Source: Roseimicrobium gellanilyticum
Lineage (GTDB): Bacteria > Verrucomicrobiota > Verrucomicrobiia > Verrucomicrobiales > Verrucomicrobiaceae
DNA: 64,000 bases
Assembly: GCF_003315205.1 (NCBI RefSeq)
Contig: NZ_QNRR01000013.1
Location: 131,959 to 195,958 of the forward strand
Reading direction: 5' to 3'
This document shows positions 29,981 through 39,801 of this stretch, piece by piece; the first letter of the stretch is position 1; each line of letters opens with the position of its first letter. A model generated the notes under the pieces. The model saw only the letters and a list, made by a program, of their open reading frames with translations. It searched no databases and was not told the DNA's origin. The translations under genes were made by a program, and so were the position numbers.

Positions 29981-30859
29981 ATGCAGTTGATTCAGGGAGC
30001 CAAAGTCGCAGCCACCGTGCTGGAAGAATGCCAGCGTGAAATCGCCGAACTCGCCAAGCTGGGAAAGAAGCCCGGGCTGGCCGTGGTGCTGGTGGGCGAT
30101 GATCCCGCGTCCCGCGCCTATGTGCGCAGCAAGGACAAGAAGTGCAAAGACCTGGGCCTGCACTCCGTGAAGCATGAACTGCCCGAGAACACCACGCAGG
30201 AGGAACTGCTCGCACTCGTGGCCCAGCTGAACGCAGACCCGTCCATCCACGGCATCCTGGTGCAGAGCCCGCCGCCGAGGCACATCGATGAAAGCGCCAT
30301 CGTGCGTGCCATCGATCCGCGCAAGGACGTGGACGGCTTTCATCCAGAGAATGTGGCCAAGCTCACACTGGAAGACCCCACCGGTTTCGTGCCCTGCACC
30401 CCCGCAGGCTGCATCCGCCTGCTGCAGGACGCCGGCGTCGCCACAGACGGCGCCCATGTGGTGGTGCTGGGCCGCAGCATGATTGTGGGCAAGCCGGTGG
30501 CGCTCCTGCTCATGGCGAAGAATTCCAACGGCGGCAATGCCACCGTGACCGTGGCGCATTCCCGCACGAAGAATCTCGCGGAACTCACCCGTACCGCCGA
30601 CATCCTCATCGCCGCCATCGGTCGCCCCCTCTTTGTGAAGGCGGACATGGTGAAGGAAGGCGCCGTGGTCATCGACGTGGGAATCAATCGCGTGGAAGCC
30701 CCCGGCACGGAAAAGGGCTACAAAATCGTGGGTGACGTGGATTTTGACGCCGTGGCACCCAAGTGCCGGGCCATCACCCCAGTCCCCGGCGGGGTGGGTC
30801 CCATGACCATCGCCCTGCTCATGGCGAACACCATCAAGGCCTGCCGCCAGCTCGGCTAG
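29981..30859 (+). CDS. folD: Bifunctional 5,10-methylene-THF dehydrogenase / methenyl-THF cyclohydrolase.
   Basis: YVRSK…[13 protein letters not shown]…[12 protein letters not shown]…[12 protein letters not shown] are FolD hallmark motifs. Confidence 0.9.
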   Translation: MQLIQGAKVAATVLEECQREIAELAKLGKKPGLAVVLVGDDPASRAYVRSKDKKCKDLGLHSVKHELPENTTQEELLALVAQLNADPSIHGILVQSPPPRHIDESAIVRAIDPRKDVDGFHPENVAKLTLEDPTGFVPCTPAGCIRLLQDAGVATDGAHVVVLGRSMIVGKPVALLLMAKNSNGGNATVTVAHSRTKNLAELTRTADILIAAIGRPLFVKADMVKEGAVVIDVGINRVEAPGTEKGYKIVGDVDFDAVAPKCRAITPVPGGVGPMTIALLMANTIKACRQLG

Positions 30860-31027
30860 TCCGGGATTTCGACCCCAAATCAGGAATCTGAAAAAATCGC
30901 GAATTTTTTTGCGACTTTGGGTGAGTTCCCGCGTTTCACCCCGCATCCACGCGTCTCGTCTCGGGGCGTGTTGGGGGGATTTCCGTGTACTTCGGGGCAC
31001 CTCTTGGTCTGCTCACTGGTCACGGCA

Positions 31028-31075
31028 TGAATGAAGGTGGTGGTCCGGGGGGACCACCACCTTCCTCGTTTTCAG
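31028..31075 (+). terminator. Rho-independent terminator downstream of folD.
   Basis: GAAGGTGGTGGTCC-gggg-GGACCACCACCTTC perfect 14-bp stem followed by CTCGTTTT. Confidence 0.7.
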
Positions 31076-31100
31076 GGCTCTACCCGCAAGGCTGGCCGGA

Positions 31101-32900
31101 TTAGTTGTGCAGGATCTTCCGCGTCTCCGCGGCCTCGACGTCGCGGCGGACCATCAGGGCCATGAGGGCATCCATGAGGCCATTGGCGCCTTGGGCCCCG
31201 GTCACCGCCACGTCGGGCACCACCTGCACATTCCGTTCGCCGATGATCTGCATGAGCTGGATCAAGGCGTAGTTCTGGGAACCCAACGCGTCCACACCCA
31301 CACGGTACGCTTCCGCCTTGGCCTGGCCGGTGGCACGGATGGCATCCGACTCACCACCGGCACGCAATCTGGTGCTCTCTGCCTCACCTTCGCTCTGGCG
31401 CACGGTGGCGCGGGCATGGAGCTCGGCGATCTGCACACCCTGCTCGGCACCCACCACCTGCTGCTGGATGTCCGCTAATGACGTCTGGCGCACGAGCTGC
31501 TGGCGCTGCGTCTCGGCGGCCTCCTGCACCTCATAGGTCTTGCGCTGCTCCTCCGCGATCTTGCGGTCCGTTTGCGTCTTCATCAGGGCCTCGGGTGGTG
31601 TGATGTCTCCTATCAGGGTGTCGATGGCTTCGACGTCATACTCGCGCAGGGCCACCTCAATATGGCTCGCGGCTTCCTCCTGGCGGTGACTGCGCGCGCT
31701 CAGGAAGTCCAGCACGGTGTAGTCCTGCGCGCTATTGCGAAAGTAGTTTCCCACCAGTGGCTGCAGCACGTGGTCCACGAGGTTCTGCAAGGAGCCGGCA
31801 CGGCTGATGACACGCGGGGCTTCATTGGCACCGATGTGGATGATCTGCGAGACGTCGAGATTGAAGGCGAAGCCGTCTCGTGAGCGCACCGTGATGCTGT
31901 TAAGCTTCGCGTCATAGGCATGCGCCTCTGTCCGCGTGGCCCAGTTCAGCACGATGTTCGTGGTCGGCACGAGTTCCACACGGGCAACGCGCGTGTTGAT
32001 GGGGTGCTTGCCCGGCAGCAGCGGCGTGACCCACACGCCCTTGTGCCCCACCAGCACGAGATCGCCATGCTTGAAGTCCACCCCGCTCACGTCCTCGTGC
32101 GCCTTGCCCACGAAGCTGATGACCACACCCACATGGCCGATGGGAATCTCCACCATGTGCACCTGCTCGATCTCGGCGAACCAGGGATTGAGGTTCCACT
32201 GACCGCTGAGCAGCACCTGCTCCTGCAGACCACGACGTCCGCCATGATCCAGGAAAGACTGCGCATCCTGGAAGTTGTCGTGCCCCGGGACCAAGGTGCC
32301 GGCGATTTCGCCTTCATCAATGGGAGCACCGTCAAGCGTGGTCACGATGCCCACGAGGTCCTGCTCCACCTTGTAAATGCGCAGGGAGGAGGGATTGATG
32401 CCACGCTGCGTCGCATTCCACGGGGTGATGATATCAAACAACGCTGTATTGATGCGGTAGGTACCCGCGGTGAGGATGGCGTTTTGACGGCCCTTTTCAC
32501 CCCCGCCCGTAAGGAACTCACGGGCGTCCTGGAAGTGGTTGCACGGCACATTACGACCAAGGATGCGACCGGCGGGGATGGGCTCCCCGGCGATGGCGAC
32601 CACAAGGGCAATGTGATCCTGGGGCACCTCAATCAACCCTGTGCGGGTGATGCTGTACTGCCAGACCCAGTAGAAGAAGTGAAGACCCGGAGTGAGTGTA
32701 TCCGCCTGGATACCGGCCTCACCGCGCAAGGCGATGATCTGGCCGGGCGGGAGATTCCGCATGCCGAAACGCTTTACGACGATGCCAACCTGACGCTCGC
32801 CGATGTAGACGACGCCAAGCAGCAGGTAGAGGAAGACGAGAGTGGCCGGGATGAGCGGCCACCACACGGGTGAACTGAAGGCAAGAGCAAGTGTGTTCAT
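31101..32900 (-). CDS. Flotillin-like SPFH/band-7 domain protein.
   Basis: N-terminal TM. SPFH domain. Long C-terminal Ala/Glu/Gln-rich coiled-coil region (…EEQRKTYEVQEAAETQRQQL…) typical of FloT/YqiK. Confidence 0.8.
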   Translation of the reverse strand: MNTLALAFSSPVWWPLIPATLVFLYLLLGVVYIGERQVGIVVKRFGMRNLPPGQIIALRGEAGIQADTLTPGLHFFYWVWQYSITRTGLIEVPQDHIALVVAIAGEPIPAGRILGRNVPCNHFQDAREFLTGGGEKGRQNAILTAGTYRINTALFDIITPWNATQRGINPSSLRIYKVEQDLVGIVTTLDGAPIDEGEIAGTLVPGHDNFQDAQSFLDHGGRRGLQEQVLLSGQWNLNPWFAEIEQVHMVEIPIGHVGVVISFVGKAHEDVSGVDFKHGDLVLVGHKGVWVTPLLPGKHPINTRVARVELVPTTNIVLNWATRTEAHAYDAKLNSITVRSRDGFAFNLDVSQIIHIGANEAPRVISRAGSLQNLVDHVLQPLVGNYFRNSAQDYTVLDFLSARSHRQEEAASHIEVALREYDVEAIDTLIGDITPPEALMKTQTDRKIAEEQRKTYEVQEAAETQRQQLVRQTSLADIQQQVVGAEQGVQIAELHARATVRQSEGEAESTRLRAGGESDAIRATGQAKAEAYRVGVDALGSQNYALIQLMQIIGERNVQVVPDVAVTGAQGANGLMDALMALMVRRDVEAAETRKILHN

Positions 32901-33050
32901 GATGTGAAACAGTGTGAAATATTAGGTGATGATACTTTGATTTCTGGGCGCGGGCGCAGCTCCGCCGTGCAGGCGGTGGTTGGGTCCGCAGTGACGCGGA
33001 AAAGAGTCCGCAAGGAGCGCGCTGGCACTCGTTGTGCCAGCATCCGGCTC

Positions 33051-33266
33051 CTACGGCGCCGTCATTTCGACGCGATGGCCATTGGCGCATCGGTACTCAA
33101 TGACCCGCGAGGCACGTCGTTCTTGCAGCACGCGCATCACGAAGGACGCGGCGATGACGTTTCCGTTTTCGCGCTGGGTCTGCGGCGGTGGTTCGCTCCG
33201 CAAGAGGCAGCGGGCATGGTGCACGGTGCCTCGGTCCAGGGGAGTCTGGCAGTAGGGGCAGTTCAT
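33051..33266 (-). CDS. Small zinc-ribbon protein (71 aa).
   Basis: CPYC … C…H / C..GH cysteine pairs. Sits immediately upstream of, and co-oriented with, the flotillin gene. Confidence 0.35.
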   Translation of the reverse strand: MNCPYCQTPLDRGTVHHARCLLRSEPPPQTQRENGNVIAASFVMRVLQERRASRVIEYRCANGHRVEMTAP

Positions 33267-33702
33267 GTTCTTCTCTCAGGGGTGTGCCGCCCGTGACGGT
33301 CTCCCGCCGCGCGCAGCATGGTTGCTGTGGGGAAGACCATGAAGCCCGCGGTGCGAGCCTCAGAGATCGTCCCTCCCAATGATGCCTGCGAGGTTAGCTG
33401 GCGGGCTGGGCCTTGGAAGTGACCCCTGCGAGTGGTTACCCACCCCGTACGCCCCGTCCTGAGTTCTTGCGTTCCCAGGAGTTCGGTTCCCCCGCGCCAC
33501 TACTGAGGAAGCAGTAATGACTTCGGCTGACAGTGGGAAGATCCCATTATTTTTGTCTTTGTCAAATCGACCCGATGCCGTGCCATGAGGCTCAACGGGA
33601 TAATTCTTTCCAATACACCTTCCTGCACCACGACTTTCTGCCTCCCTTCGATTCTGCATTCTCATTCCTTGCAAACTAGATACATTATCCGTTCATCGCG
33701 CG

Positions 33703-34590
33703 ATGTCTGAATCCCCTCTCCCCACTCCCCTCAGCAGTCATCCCATCGGTGTTTTTGACAGCGGGTATGGCGGCTTGAGCGTGTTGCGGGAGTTGCGCCG
33801 TGTGCTGCCCAATGAGGACTACATCTACCTCGGCGACAGTGGCCGCGCTCCCTACGGCGGACGCGATCTCGCCACGGTGCTGGACTTCGCGGAGCAGTGC
33901 GTGGACTTGCTGTTCGCCGAAGGCTGTCGTGTCGTGGTGGTAGCCTGCCACACCGTTTCCTGTGTGGCGCTGCGTCATCTCCAGCAACTGCATGCTGGCA
34001 CGGATCGCCGCATCCTTGGCGTGACCATTCCCGCAGCGGAGAATGCCGTGGCAGTGAGCAAGGGCCACATCGGTTTCCTCGGCACGCGACGCACGGTGTC
34101 TTCACACACGTTCCGCACGGAGGTGGCGAAGCTCGACTCCCACGTGAAGGTGACAGAAGTCGCCGCACCGCTGCTCGCACCGATTGTGGAAGAAGGCTGG
34201 GAGGACAGCGACATCGCGCGCCTTTCCGTGGAGCAGTATCTTTCCCAAGTGGGTGATGTGGACACGCTCGTACTGGGCTGCACACACTACCCGCTGCTGC
34301 GTGCGGTGTTTGAGCAGAGTCTTCCCAAGGAGGTGCACCTGCTGGATCCCGCGCCGTATGTGGCCCTGCGACTGGTGGACTGGTTCGGGCGGCATCCGGA
34401 GTTTCGCAGTCAGGGTACCGGCAAGCTGCGTGTGCTCTCCTCCGGTGACACCGTGCGGTTTGCGAAGAACGCCACACGGTTCCTCGGCTCGGTGCCGCCA
34501 CTGATTGAGCACGTGGCGGAGAGGAATGGCAGGCTGATTTTCTCTCCTGAGGGAGAAGAGCCGACGGGGCAGTTTGTGCGGGTGGTGTAA
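33703..34590 (+). CDS. murI: Glutamate racemase.
   Basis: GVFDSGYGGLSVL and VVVACHT motifs with the two catalytic Cys contexts. ~295 aa. Confidence 0.9.
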   Translation: MSESPLPTPLSSHPIGVFDSGYGGLSVLRELRRVLPNEDYIYLGDSGRAPYGGRDLATVLDFAEQCVDLLFAEGCRVVVVACHTVSCVALRHLQQLHAGTDRRILGVTIPAAENAVAVSKGHIGFLGTRRTVSSHTFRTEVAKLDSHVKVTEVAAPLLAPIVEEGWEDSDIARLSVEQYLSQVGDVDTLVLGCTHYPLLRAVFEQSLPKEVHLLDPAPYVALRLVDWFGRHPEFRSQGTGKLRVLSSGDTVRFAKNATRFLGSVPPLIEHVAERNGRLIFSPEGEEPTGQFVRVV

Positions 34591-34644
34591 GTCGTGGTGG
34601 AGACATCTCCGTCACGTACCAAGGTCTATTGGAGCCGAGCCGAA

Positions 34645-34820
34645 GGCCTTGGACTGCGTGCAGCCTGCTGCCGCTTTGAAGAGTTCACAGCCTGCTGTGA
34701 CGATGATGACGCTCGCTCGCAAAGTGGCATGCCCATGAAGTGTGGCGACTTCGTCGCGGTGAAGCGTGCAGCAGGCTGCACTGAGGGAAAGCGGCAGCAG
34801 GCTGCACGCAGTCCAAGGCC
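34645..34820. repeat. Compound inverted-repeat element: a 33-bp perfect IR (34645-34677 / 34788-34820) enclosing three smaller palindromes (CACAGCCTGCTGTG; GCGACTTCGTCGC; GTGCAGCAGGCTGCAC).
   Basis: GGCCTTGGACTGCGTGCAGCCTGCTGCCGCTTT has its exact reverse complement at 34788-34820. Lies between convergent murI and amidase genes. Confidence 0.65.
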
Positions 34821-34844
34821 GCTGCGCGGCTGAGCTTCCAGCTT

Positions 34845-35435
34845 CTACCGAGACCTTAGTATCCCCCGCGCAATCGCCTCGGCGAGCTTCTGCCGATGCG
34901 CCGCGCTGCCGCAGCGACTGGCTTCGGCCTTGTTGCTGATGAATCCGCACTCCACGAGCACGGCGGTGCCGCGGGTGTGCTTCAGCACGGCGTAGTTCCC
35001 CCGCTTGATGCCGCGATTGTTCGCCGAGACCTTGCTGATCAGAGACTGCTGAATCGTGTAGGCAACCTTGCGTCCACGATCACTGCGGTAATAGGTCTCA
35101 ATGCCTTTGATGGCCGTAAGGCGTGTGGAATTGAAGTGAATGCTGACAAAGAGCGAATTGCGGTAGCGGTTCGCGATGGCCGCTCGTGACTCCAGAGCCA
35201 CCGCACGATCCGTTCTGCGCGTCATCACAGTCGTCACACCGTTTCGTTTCAGGATGGTCTCCACTCGCTTCGCGACATCGAGCGTGAGATTCTTTTCCGA
35301 AAGGCCATTCCAACGCGTACCACGATCCGAGCCACCATGCCCCGCATCGATGACTACAACCGCCGCGAAAGATCGCGTTGCCAGCAACAGCACCAACGCA
35401 AAGGCACACAAGAGGCCCCGACACTTCCCCGACAT
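34845..35435 (-). CDS. N-acetylmuramoyl-L-alanine amidase (Amidase_3, AmiC/CwlD-like).
   Basis: VVIDAGHGG…D.G, …SIHFNS…, and E in LVECGF are Amidase_3 Zn ligands. Signal peptide present. Start ambiguous (35435, 35450 or 35489). Confidence 0.8.
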   Translation of the reverse strand: MSGKCRGLLCAFALVLLLATRSFAAVVVIDAGHGGSDRGTRWNGLSEKNLTLDVAKRVETILKRNGVTTVMTRRTDRAVALESRAAIANRYRNSLFVSIHFNSTRLTAIKGIETYYRSDRGRKVAYTIQQSLISKVSANNRGIKRGNYAVLKHTRGTAVLVECGFISNKAEASRCGSAAHRQKLAEAIARGILRSR

Positions 35436-35519
35436 GGTGTGGATGTGCATGTCCAGAGATGTCATGAAACAGCCATGCGTGACAAGCATGACTGTGATTG
35501 TCAGCCCTTTTATTTAGGA

Positions 35520-36059
35520 CTAGGGAATGCGCAGCACTTTGCCAATGCTCAGGAAATCGGAAGACATCCCATTGGCAGCCTTGAGCTTGGCCACGGAAGT
35601 GGAGTTCCGTGAGGCAATGGCCGAGAGCGTGTCGCCCTTCTTCACCGTGTAGGAGCGGCCGCCACCCTTCTTGGAGGAAGAGGCCACCTTGGACTTCGAG
35701 CCCGACTTGGACTTGCTGCTGGAGGTCTTCGCCACCGTGCGTTTCTTGCCCGTGGCAGCACCGCCATAGGAGCCGCTCCACTTGCTCACATCCGCGCTCG
35801 TGGCGCCGGCAGATCTCCCGGCCCGGCGCTCTCCAGCCGCGGCCCAGTCTGACATGTAACGCCCGCTCGAATCGAAGGGATAGTCTTCCTTCGAAAGGCT
35901 ATGCGACGGTGTCGAGGTGTTCCCGTGCAAGGTGATTTTGGGGAGGTTGCTGGGGATGCCTTCAATCTTGTTCGAGCTGCAGGAACTGAGCGAAAGCATG
36001 AGCGCCACCGCAGCGGCGCAGGCAGCTGCAGAATGGGGATTCTTCCAAAATCTCAACAT
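35520..36059 (-). CDS. LysM-domain lipoprotein.
   Basis: Lipobox …LSLSSC. C-terminal LysM YTVKKGDTLSAIASRN…KLKAANG…IGKVLRIP. Ser/Lys-rich linker. Confidence 0.65.
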   Translation of the reverse strand: MLRFWKNPHSAAACAAAVALMLSLSSCSSNKIEGIPSNLPKITLHGNTSTPSHSLSKEDYPFDSSGRYMSDWAAAGERRAGRSAGATSADVSKWSGSYGGAATGKKRTVAKTSSSKSKSGSKSKVASSSKKGGGRSYTVKKGDTLSAIASRNSTSVAKLKAANGMSSDFLSIGKVLRIP

Positions 36060-36215
36060 GGCGGAAACGCTAGCACGCACTGTCAAATCTGCCACTGCCG
36101 GATGGTTCGTTTCACGACTGAAATGCCCATGCAAAACACGGGATGAGGCACAGTGCCACACTGGTGCGTCAGGCACGCTGGCATCTCACAATCAGTGAAA
36201 TCACCACACCTCGAA

Positions 36216-37313
36216 TCAGTTCAACTTTTGCAACTCACGCGGAAGAAACTTTCCGTTCTTGCGAATGCACTTGTCATCGAACCAAATCTCACCGCCGCCG
36301 TAGTCTGGGCGCTGGATGCACACGAGGTCCCAGTGCACCTGGCTGCGGTTGCCATTGTCCGCCACCCCTTCATACGCCTGGCCGGGCGTGAAGTGGAAGG
36401 AACCGGCGATCTTCTCGTCGAAGAGGATGTCACGCATGGGCTCGCGGATCTCGCGATTGAAGCCGATGGCGAACTCGCCGATGTAGCGGGCGCCTTCGTC
36501 GCTGTCGAGAATCTTGTTGATGGCCTTGGTGTTGTTCGCGGTCGCCTTCACAATCTTGCCCTGGCTGAACTCGAGCTTCACGTTGTCGAAGGCGATACCC
36601 TGGTACACGGTCGGTGCGTTGTAGCTCAGGACACCCTCCACACTGTCCTTCACGGGCGCAGTGAAGACCTCGCCATCAGGAATGTTGTGCGTGCCACCAC
36701 AGGCGATGGCCTTGAGTCCCTTCAGGCTGAAGCGCAGATCGGTGCCCGGTCCCTTGATGTGGACCTTGTTGGTCTTGTCCATGAGCTTCTTCAGCGCGGT
36801 CATGGCGGGCATCAGCGACTTGTAATCCAGGAGGCAAACCTTGAAGAAGAAGTCCTCGAAGGCCTCTGTGCTCATGCCGGCCTGCTGGGCCATGGCGGAG
36901 GTGGGCCAGCGCAGCACACACCAGCGGGTGTTGTTCACGCGCTCGTTGATCACGGGACGCATCTTTTCCATGACCAGCTTCATCTTGTCCGCCGGCACAT
37001 CCGACATCTCGGTGATGTTGTGGCTGCCACGCACCGCGATGTACGCGTCGATCTCCTTCATGAGATCGAGGTTGTTCTTGCAGAGCATCTCGTAACCTTC
37101 GGGGTCCGCGTGCTTCATGAGCTCGCGGGTCACCACGGTGTCATGCAGCTTCACGACGGGAATAGCCTTGGCGGCGACCACCTGGCGGATGAGCGCCAGG
37201 GTGATCGTGTTCGGCGCATCATAGATGTCCAGGAGCACCCGGTCCCCTTTTTGCACACTGGTGGAGTAGCGGATGAGCTGGCGTGCGAGCTGGTCGATGC
37301 GCGGGTCTTGCAT
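36216..37313 (-). CDS. M29-family aminopeptidase (AmpS/PepS-like).
   Basis: ~365 aa from ATG 37313. Thermophilic-metalloprotease (M29) pattern, including …HWDLV… near the C-terminus. Confidence 0.8.
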   Translation of the reverse strand: MQDPRIDQLARQLIRYSTSVQKGDRVLLDIYDAPNTITLALIRQVVAAKAIPVVKLHDTVVTRELMKHADPEGYEMLCKNNLDLMKEIDAYIAVRGSHNITEMSDVPADKMKLVMEKMRPVINERVNNTRWCVLRWPTSAMAQQAGMSTEAFEDFFFKVCLLDYKSLMPAMTALKKLMDKTNKVHIKGPGTDLRFSLKGLKAIACGGTHNIPDGEVFTAPVKDSVEGVLSYNAPTVYQGIAFDNVKLEFSQGKIVKATANNTKAINKILDSDEGARYIGEFAIGFNREIREPMRDILFDEKIAGSFHFTPGQAYEGVADNGNRSQVHWDLVCIQRPDYGGGEIWFDDKCIRKNGKFLPRELQKLN

Positions 37314-37407
37314 GGCAATCTTGTAACCGGGCTGTCGTGGAAGTTCAACCGCCTTCGTTGCAAGGCCCCGGTGATAGAAGCGCGGACGACCGGGCGTTCG
37401 CGGTGGG

Positions 37408-38325
37408 ATGCACTTGCGCCGAATCCTCCCCTCCCTCCTTCCCTGCCTGGCTGCCCTATGTCTGGGCAGCGCGCCCCTTGGTGCCGAATCCCCTGTGCTT
37501 CCGGTCGTGGAGAATCCGGACATGGTCGTCTACCAGCACGATGTGGTCTACGGCCACAAGGACGGCATGGCACTCATCTTCGATGTGGTGCAGCCCCCAA
37601 AGGCCAATGGCGGCGCCATCATGAGCATCCAGAGCGGGGGCTGGTACTCCGGCTGGCGCGACTCCAGACAGATGTTCCCCGCCCTGCAACCTCTCCTGGC
37701 GAAGGGATTCACCGTCTTCGTGGTCTGGCACGGAAGCTCGCCGCGCTATCCCGTGCCGGATGCGGTGGCCGATGTGCGCCGTGCCTCCCGCTTCATCCAT
37801 GCCAATGCCAGCCGCTGGGGCATCGACCCGAATCGGATCGGCGCCTACGGCGGCAGTGCGGGCGGACACCTTGCACTGATGCTCGCCACCACGGGTGACG
37901 ATGGGGATCCCAAGGCGAAAGATCCCGTCTTGCAGGCCAGCAGCCGCATCGCCGCTTCCGTTTCGCTGTATCCGCCCACAGACCTGCGCAAGTGGACCAC
38001 CGAGCCGCCCGAAGAGATTCGCAAGCATCCGAACCTCAAGCCCTCACTCACCTTCGACGCAAAGCTGGAGCCTGAGGTCTCCCCGATTCTGCATGTGGAT
38101 GCGAAAGACGCCGCTGTACTGCTCATCCACGGCGACAAGGACCTGCTGGTACCCATCTCTCACAGCACGAACATCATGCCGGTGCTGCAGGAGCAGAAGG
38201 TCCCTGCGAAGCTCGTGACCATCGAAGGCGCCGCCCATGGATTTAACAAGGAGCAGAATGTGATCGTGGTGCAGGAGATGGTGGATTGGTTTGTGAAGTA
38301 TTTGGGGAAGGCTGCGGGGGCATAA
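37408..38325 (+). CDS. Secreted alpha/beta hydrolase (esterase / peptidase S9-like).
   Basis: Signal peptide. GGSAGG nucleophile motif. Downstream Asp and His (HGDKD…AAHGF). Confidence 0.75.
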   Translation: MHLRRILPSLLPCLAALCLGSAPLGAESPVLPVVENPDMVVYQHDVVYGHKDGMALIFDVVQPPKANGGAIMSIQSGGWYSGWRDSRQMFPALQPLLAKGFTVFVVWHGSSPRYPVPDAVADVRRASRFIHANASRWGIDPNRIGAYGGSAGGHLALMLATTGDDGDPKAKDPVLQASSRIAASVSLYPPTDLRKWTTEPPEEIRKHPNLKPSLTFDAKLEPEVSPILHVDAKDAAVLLIHGDKDLLVPISHSTNIMPVLQEQKVPAKLVTIEGAAHGFNKEQNVIVVQEMVDWFVKYLGKAAGA

Positions 38326-38500
38326 CGGGGTGGCTCCATGGTGGTCCGTTCACTCCGTGAGCGGTCAGTGGGGTAGCAACCTTCCTGATTTCTGAAACAA
38401 CCTTCGTGCTGCTCTGAATCCATTGGATGGAGAATACTTGGTCGCGTGCTTCCACGCTGACCGCACACGGAGTGGGCGGACCACTTTGGGGGCACCACAC

Positions 38501-39721
38501 TCACCCCTCCGTCTCCTGATCCGGAATCCGCGTGAAGGCGATGCGCATGGGCGCGTATTCCAAGGCGCCGAGGGCCCCGCCGAAGGTGACGGTATTCTTC
38601 CCGAGGCGCCGGTTCAGCATGTCCATGGCCTGGCAGATTTTCTCGTGGGCGGGATTGTGCAGGAGCAGGTCCGGTGTCACGCGTGAGGCGGGAATGAGAG
38701 GTGCGAAGGTCACGCCGGTGGCCTGTGGTGGGATACCGCCTTTTCGGGGACGGTGTTCCCAGAGTTTTTCCAACGCATCCAGAAACACAAAGGAGTCCTG
38801 CGTTTCTGTGAAGCGGATCTCGCGGGTCCACTCCTGCTTGTCCTCGTACTTGATGAAGGCCTGCAAGCCGGAGGCGTACATGTCCAGCTTCCGCAGGCGG
38901 GTGGCGGCTTTTTGCAGAAGACGATGCGACACGGCGCGCACGCCGATTTCGTTGCGCAGCTTTGTGGGCAGGATATGGGAGTGGCCGATGGTGCGGCGCT
39001 GCGTGGGCGGCAGCTCGGTCACTTCGCCGCGCAGCCAGTGATACATGTGGAAGCCATTGATGCTGCCCCACACGGCATGCAGGGTTTCACGCGACGCCGA
39101 GGTGAGCTGGGCCACGGTGGTGATGCCGTGATCATTGAGACGCCGCTCCATGTTCCGGCCAATGCCGCAGAAGTCGCGCAGCTTCAGGCGATGCAGGCAT
39201 TGTGGGAGGTCGGGCTTCTGGATGAGCGTGAAGCCATTCGGCTTGCCCATGTCTGAGGCGAGCTTGGCCAGGAAACGATTCGGAGCCATGCCCACAGAAC
39301 ACGTCACCACCTCGCCCATCTGGGCACGCAGGGTCTCCTTCACGCGCTGGAAGAACTTCGCGGCGTCTTCCGGTGTTTTGACGTGGTCCGGAAGGCGGCA
39401 CCAGACTTCGTCGATGGACATGACCTCGGCCACCGGCATGAAGACTTCCAGCGCAGTGAGGAAGCGGCGGTGGAACTCCAGGTATAAGGCGGGTCGCGAC
39501 TCCACGAGCACCACGTCCGGGTGCAGTTGCCGCGCCTCCCGCACCCGTGTGCCGGTCTTGATGCCGAATTTCTTCGCCTCCTTGCTGGCGGCGATGCAGG
39601 AGGTGGACTCCGCGACCACCGGCACAATACCGACGGGACGCCCCCTCAGCTCCGGACGTAGTTCCTGCTCCACCGAAGCGAAGAAGCAATCGAGGTCGAT
39701 GATGACATCTCGCGGAATCAC
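38501..39721 (-). CDS. dinB: Y-family DNA polymerase (DinB / Pol IV-like).
   Basis: N-terminal IIDLDCFFASVE and SIDEVW catalytic D/E motifs. ~406 aa. GTG start at 39721. Confidence 0.85.
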   Translation of the reverse strand: MIPRDVIIDLDCFFASVEQELRPELRGRPVGIVPVVAESTSCIAASKEAKKFGIKTGTRVREARQLHPDVVLVESRPALYLEFHRRFLTALEVFMPVAEVMSIDEVWCRLPDHVKTPEDAAKFFQRVKETLRAQMGEVVTCSVGMAPNRFLAKLASDMGKPNGFTLIQKPDLPQCLHRLKLRDFCGIGRNMERRLNDHGITTVAQLTSASRETLHAVWGSINGFHMYHWLRGEVTELPPTQRRTIGHSHILPTKLRNEIGVRAVSHRLLQKAATRLRKLDMYASGLQAFIKYEDKQEWTREIRFTETQDSFVFLDALEKLWEHRPRKGGIPPQATGVTFAPLIPASRVTPDLLLHNPAHEKICQAMDMLNRRLGKNTVTFGGALGALEYAPMRIAFTRIPDQETEG

Positions 39722-39730
39722 GGCCCGAGA

Positions 39731-39752
39731 TTACTGTTCTCGCGAACAGTAA
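39731..39752. promoter_or_regulatory. LexA-type SOS box: TGTTC-tcgc-GAACA inside the 22-bp palindrome TTACTGTTCTCGCGAACAGTAA, 10 bp upstream of the Y-family polymerase start.
   Basis: Perfect dyad. Matches the TGTTC-N4-GAACA motif reported for Verrucomicrobia LexA, and also CTGT-N8-ACAG. Confidence 0.6.
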
Positions 39753-39801
39753 TCAAGCTCGGATTTCACGGTTCTGCCATGCGGTGCCCATGACGGAAAG
39801 G

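Noticed and set aside
29969-31000. 343-aa minus-strand ORF.
   Set aside because: Antisense to folD.
33360-33560. Possible small RNA (SRP RNA domain-IV-like GAGGAAGCAG…UUCG, or tmRNA T-arm-like GGAGTTCGGTTCCCCCGCGCCAC) in the murI upstream region.
   Set aside because: I could not form the conserved helix-8 pairing of SRP RNA or a cloverleaf/T-arm with CCA end by hand. The resemblance is limited to short strings. Left as an unexplained intergenic region only.
34594-34833. 79-aa Cys-rich ORF (…CCRFEEFTACCDDDD…CGDF…GC…) within the murI/amidase intergenic region.
   Set aside because: The ORF is a by-product of the nested palindromes (the GCAGCCTGCTG repeats encode the Cys/Ala residues). No start context or signal.
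36153-37898. 581-aa + strand ORF.
   Set aside because: Antisense to the M29 aminopeptidase gene. Low-complexity His/Arg/Gly-rich translation.
38160-39071. 303-aa minus-strand ORF overlapping the Y-family polymerase in another frame.
   Set aside because: An alternative frame of a gene whose true frame carries the DinB catalytic motifs. Arg/Pro/His-rich junk translation.
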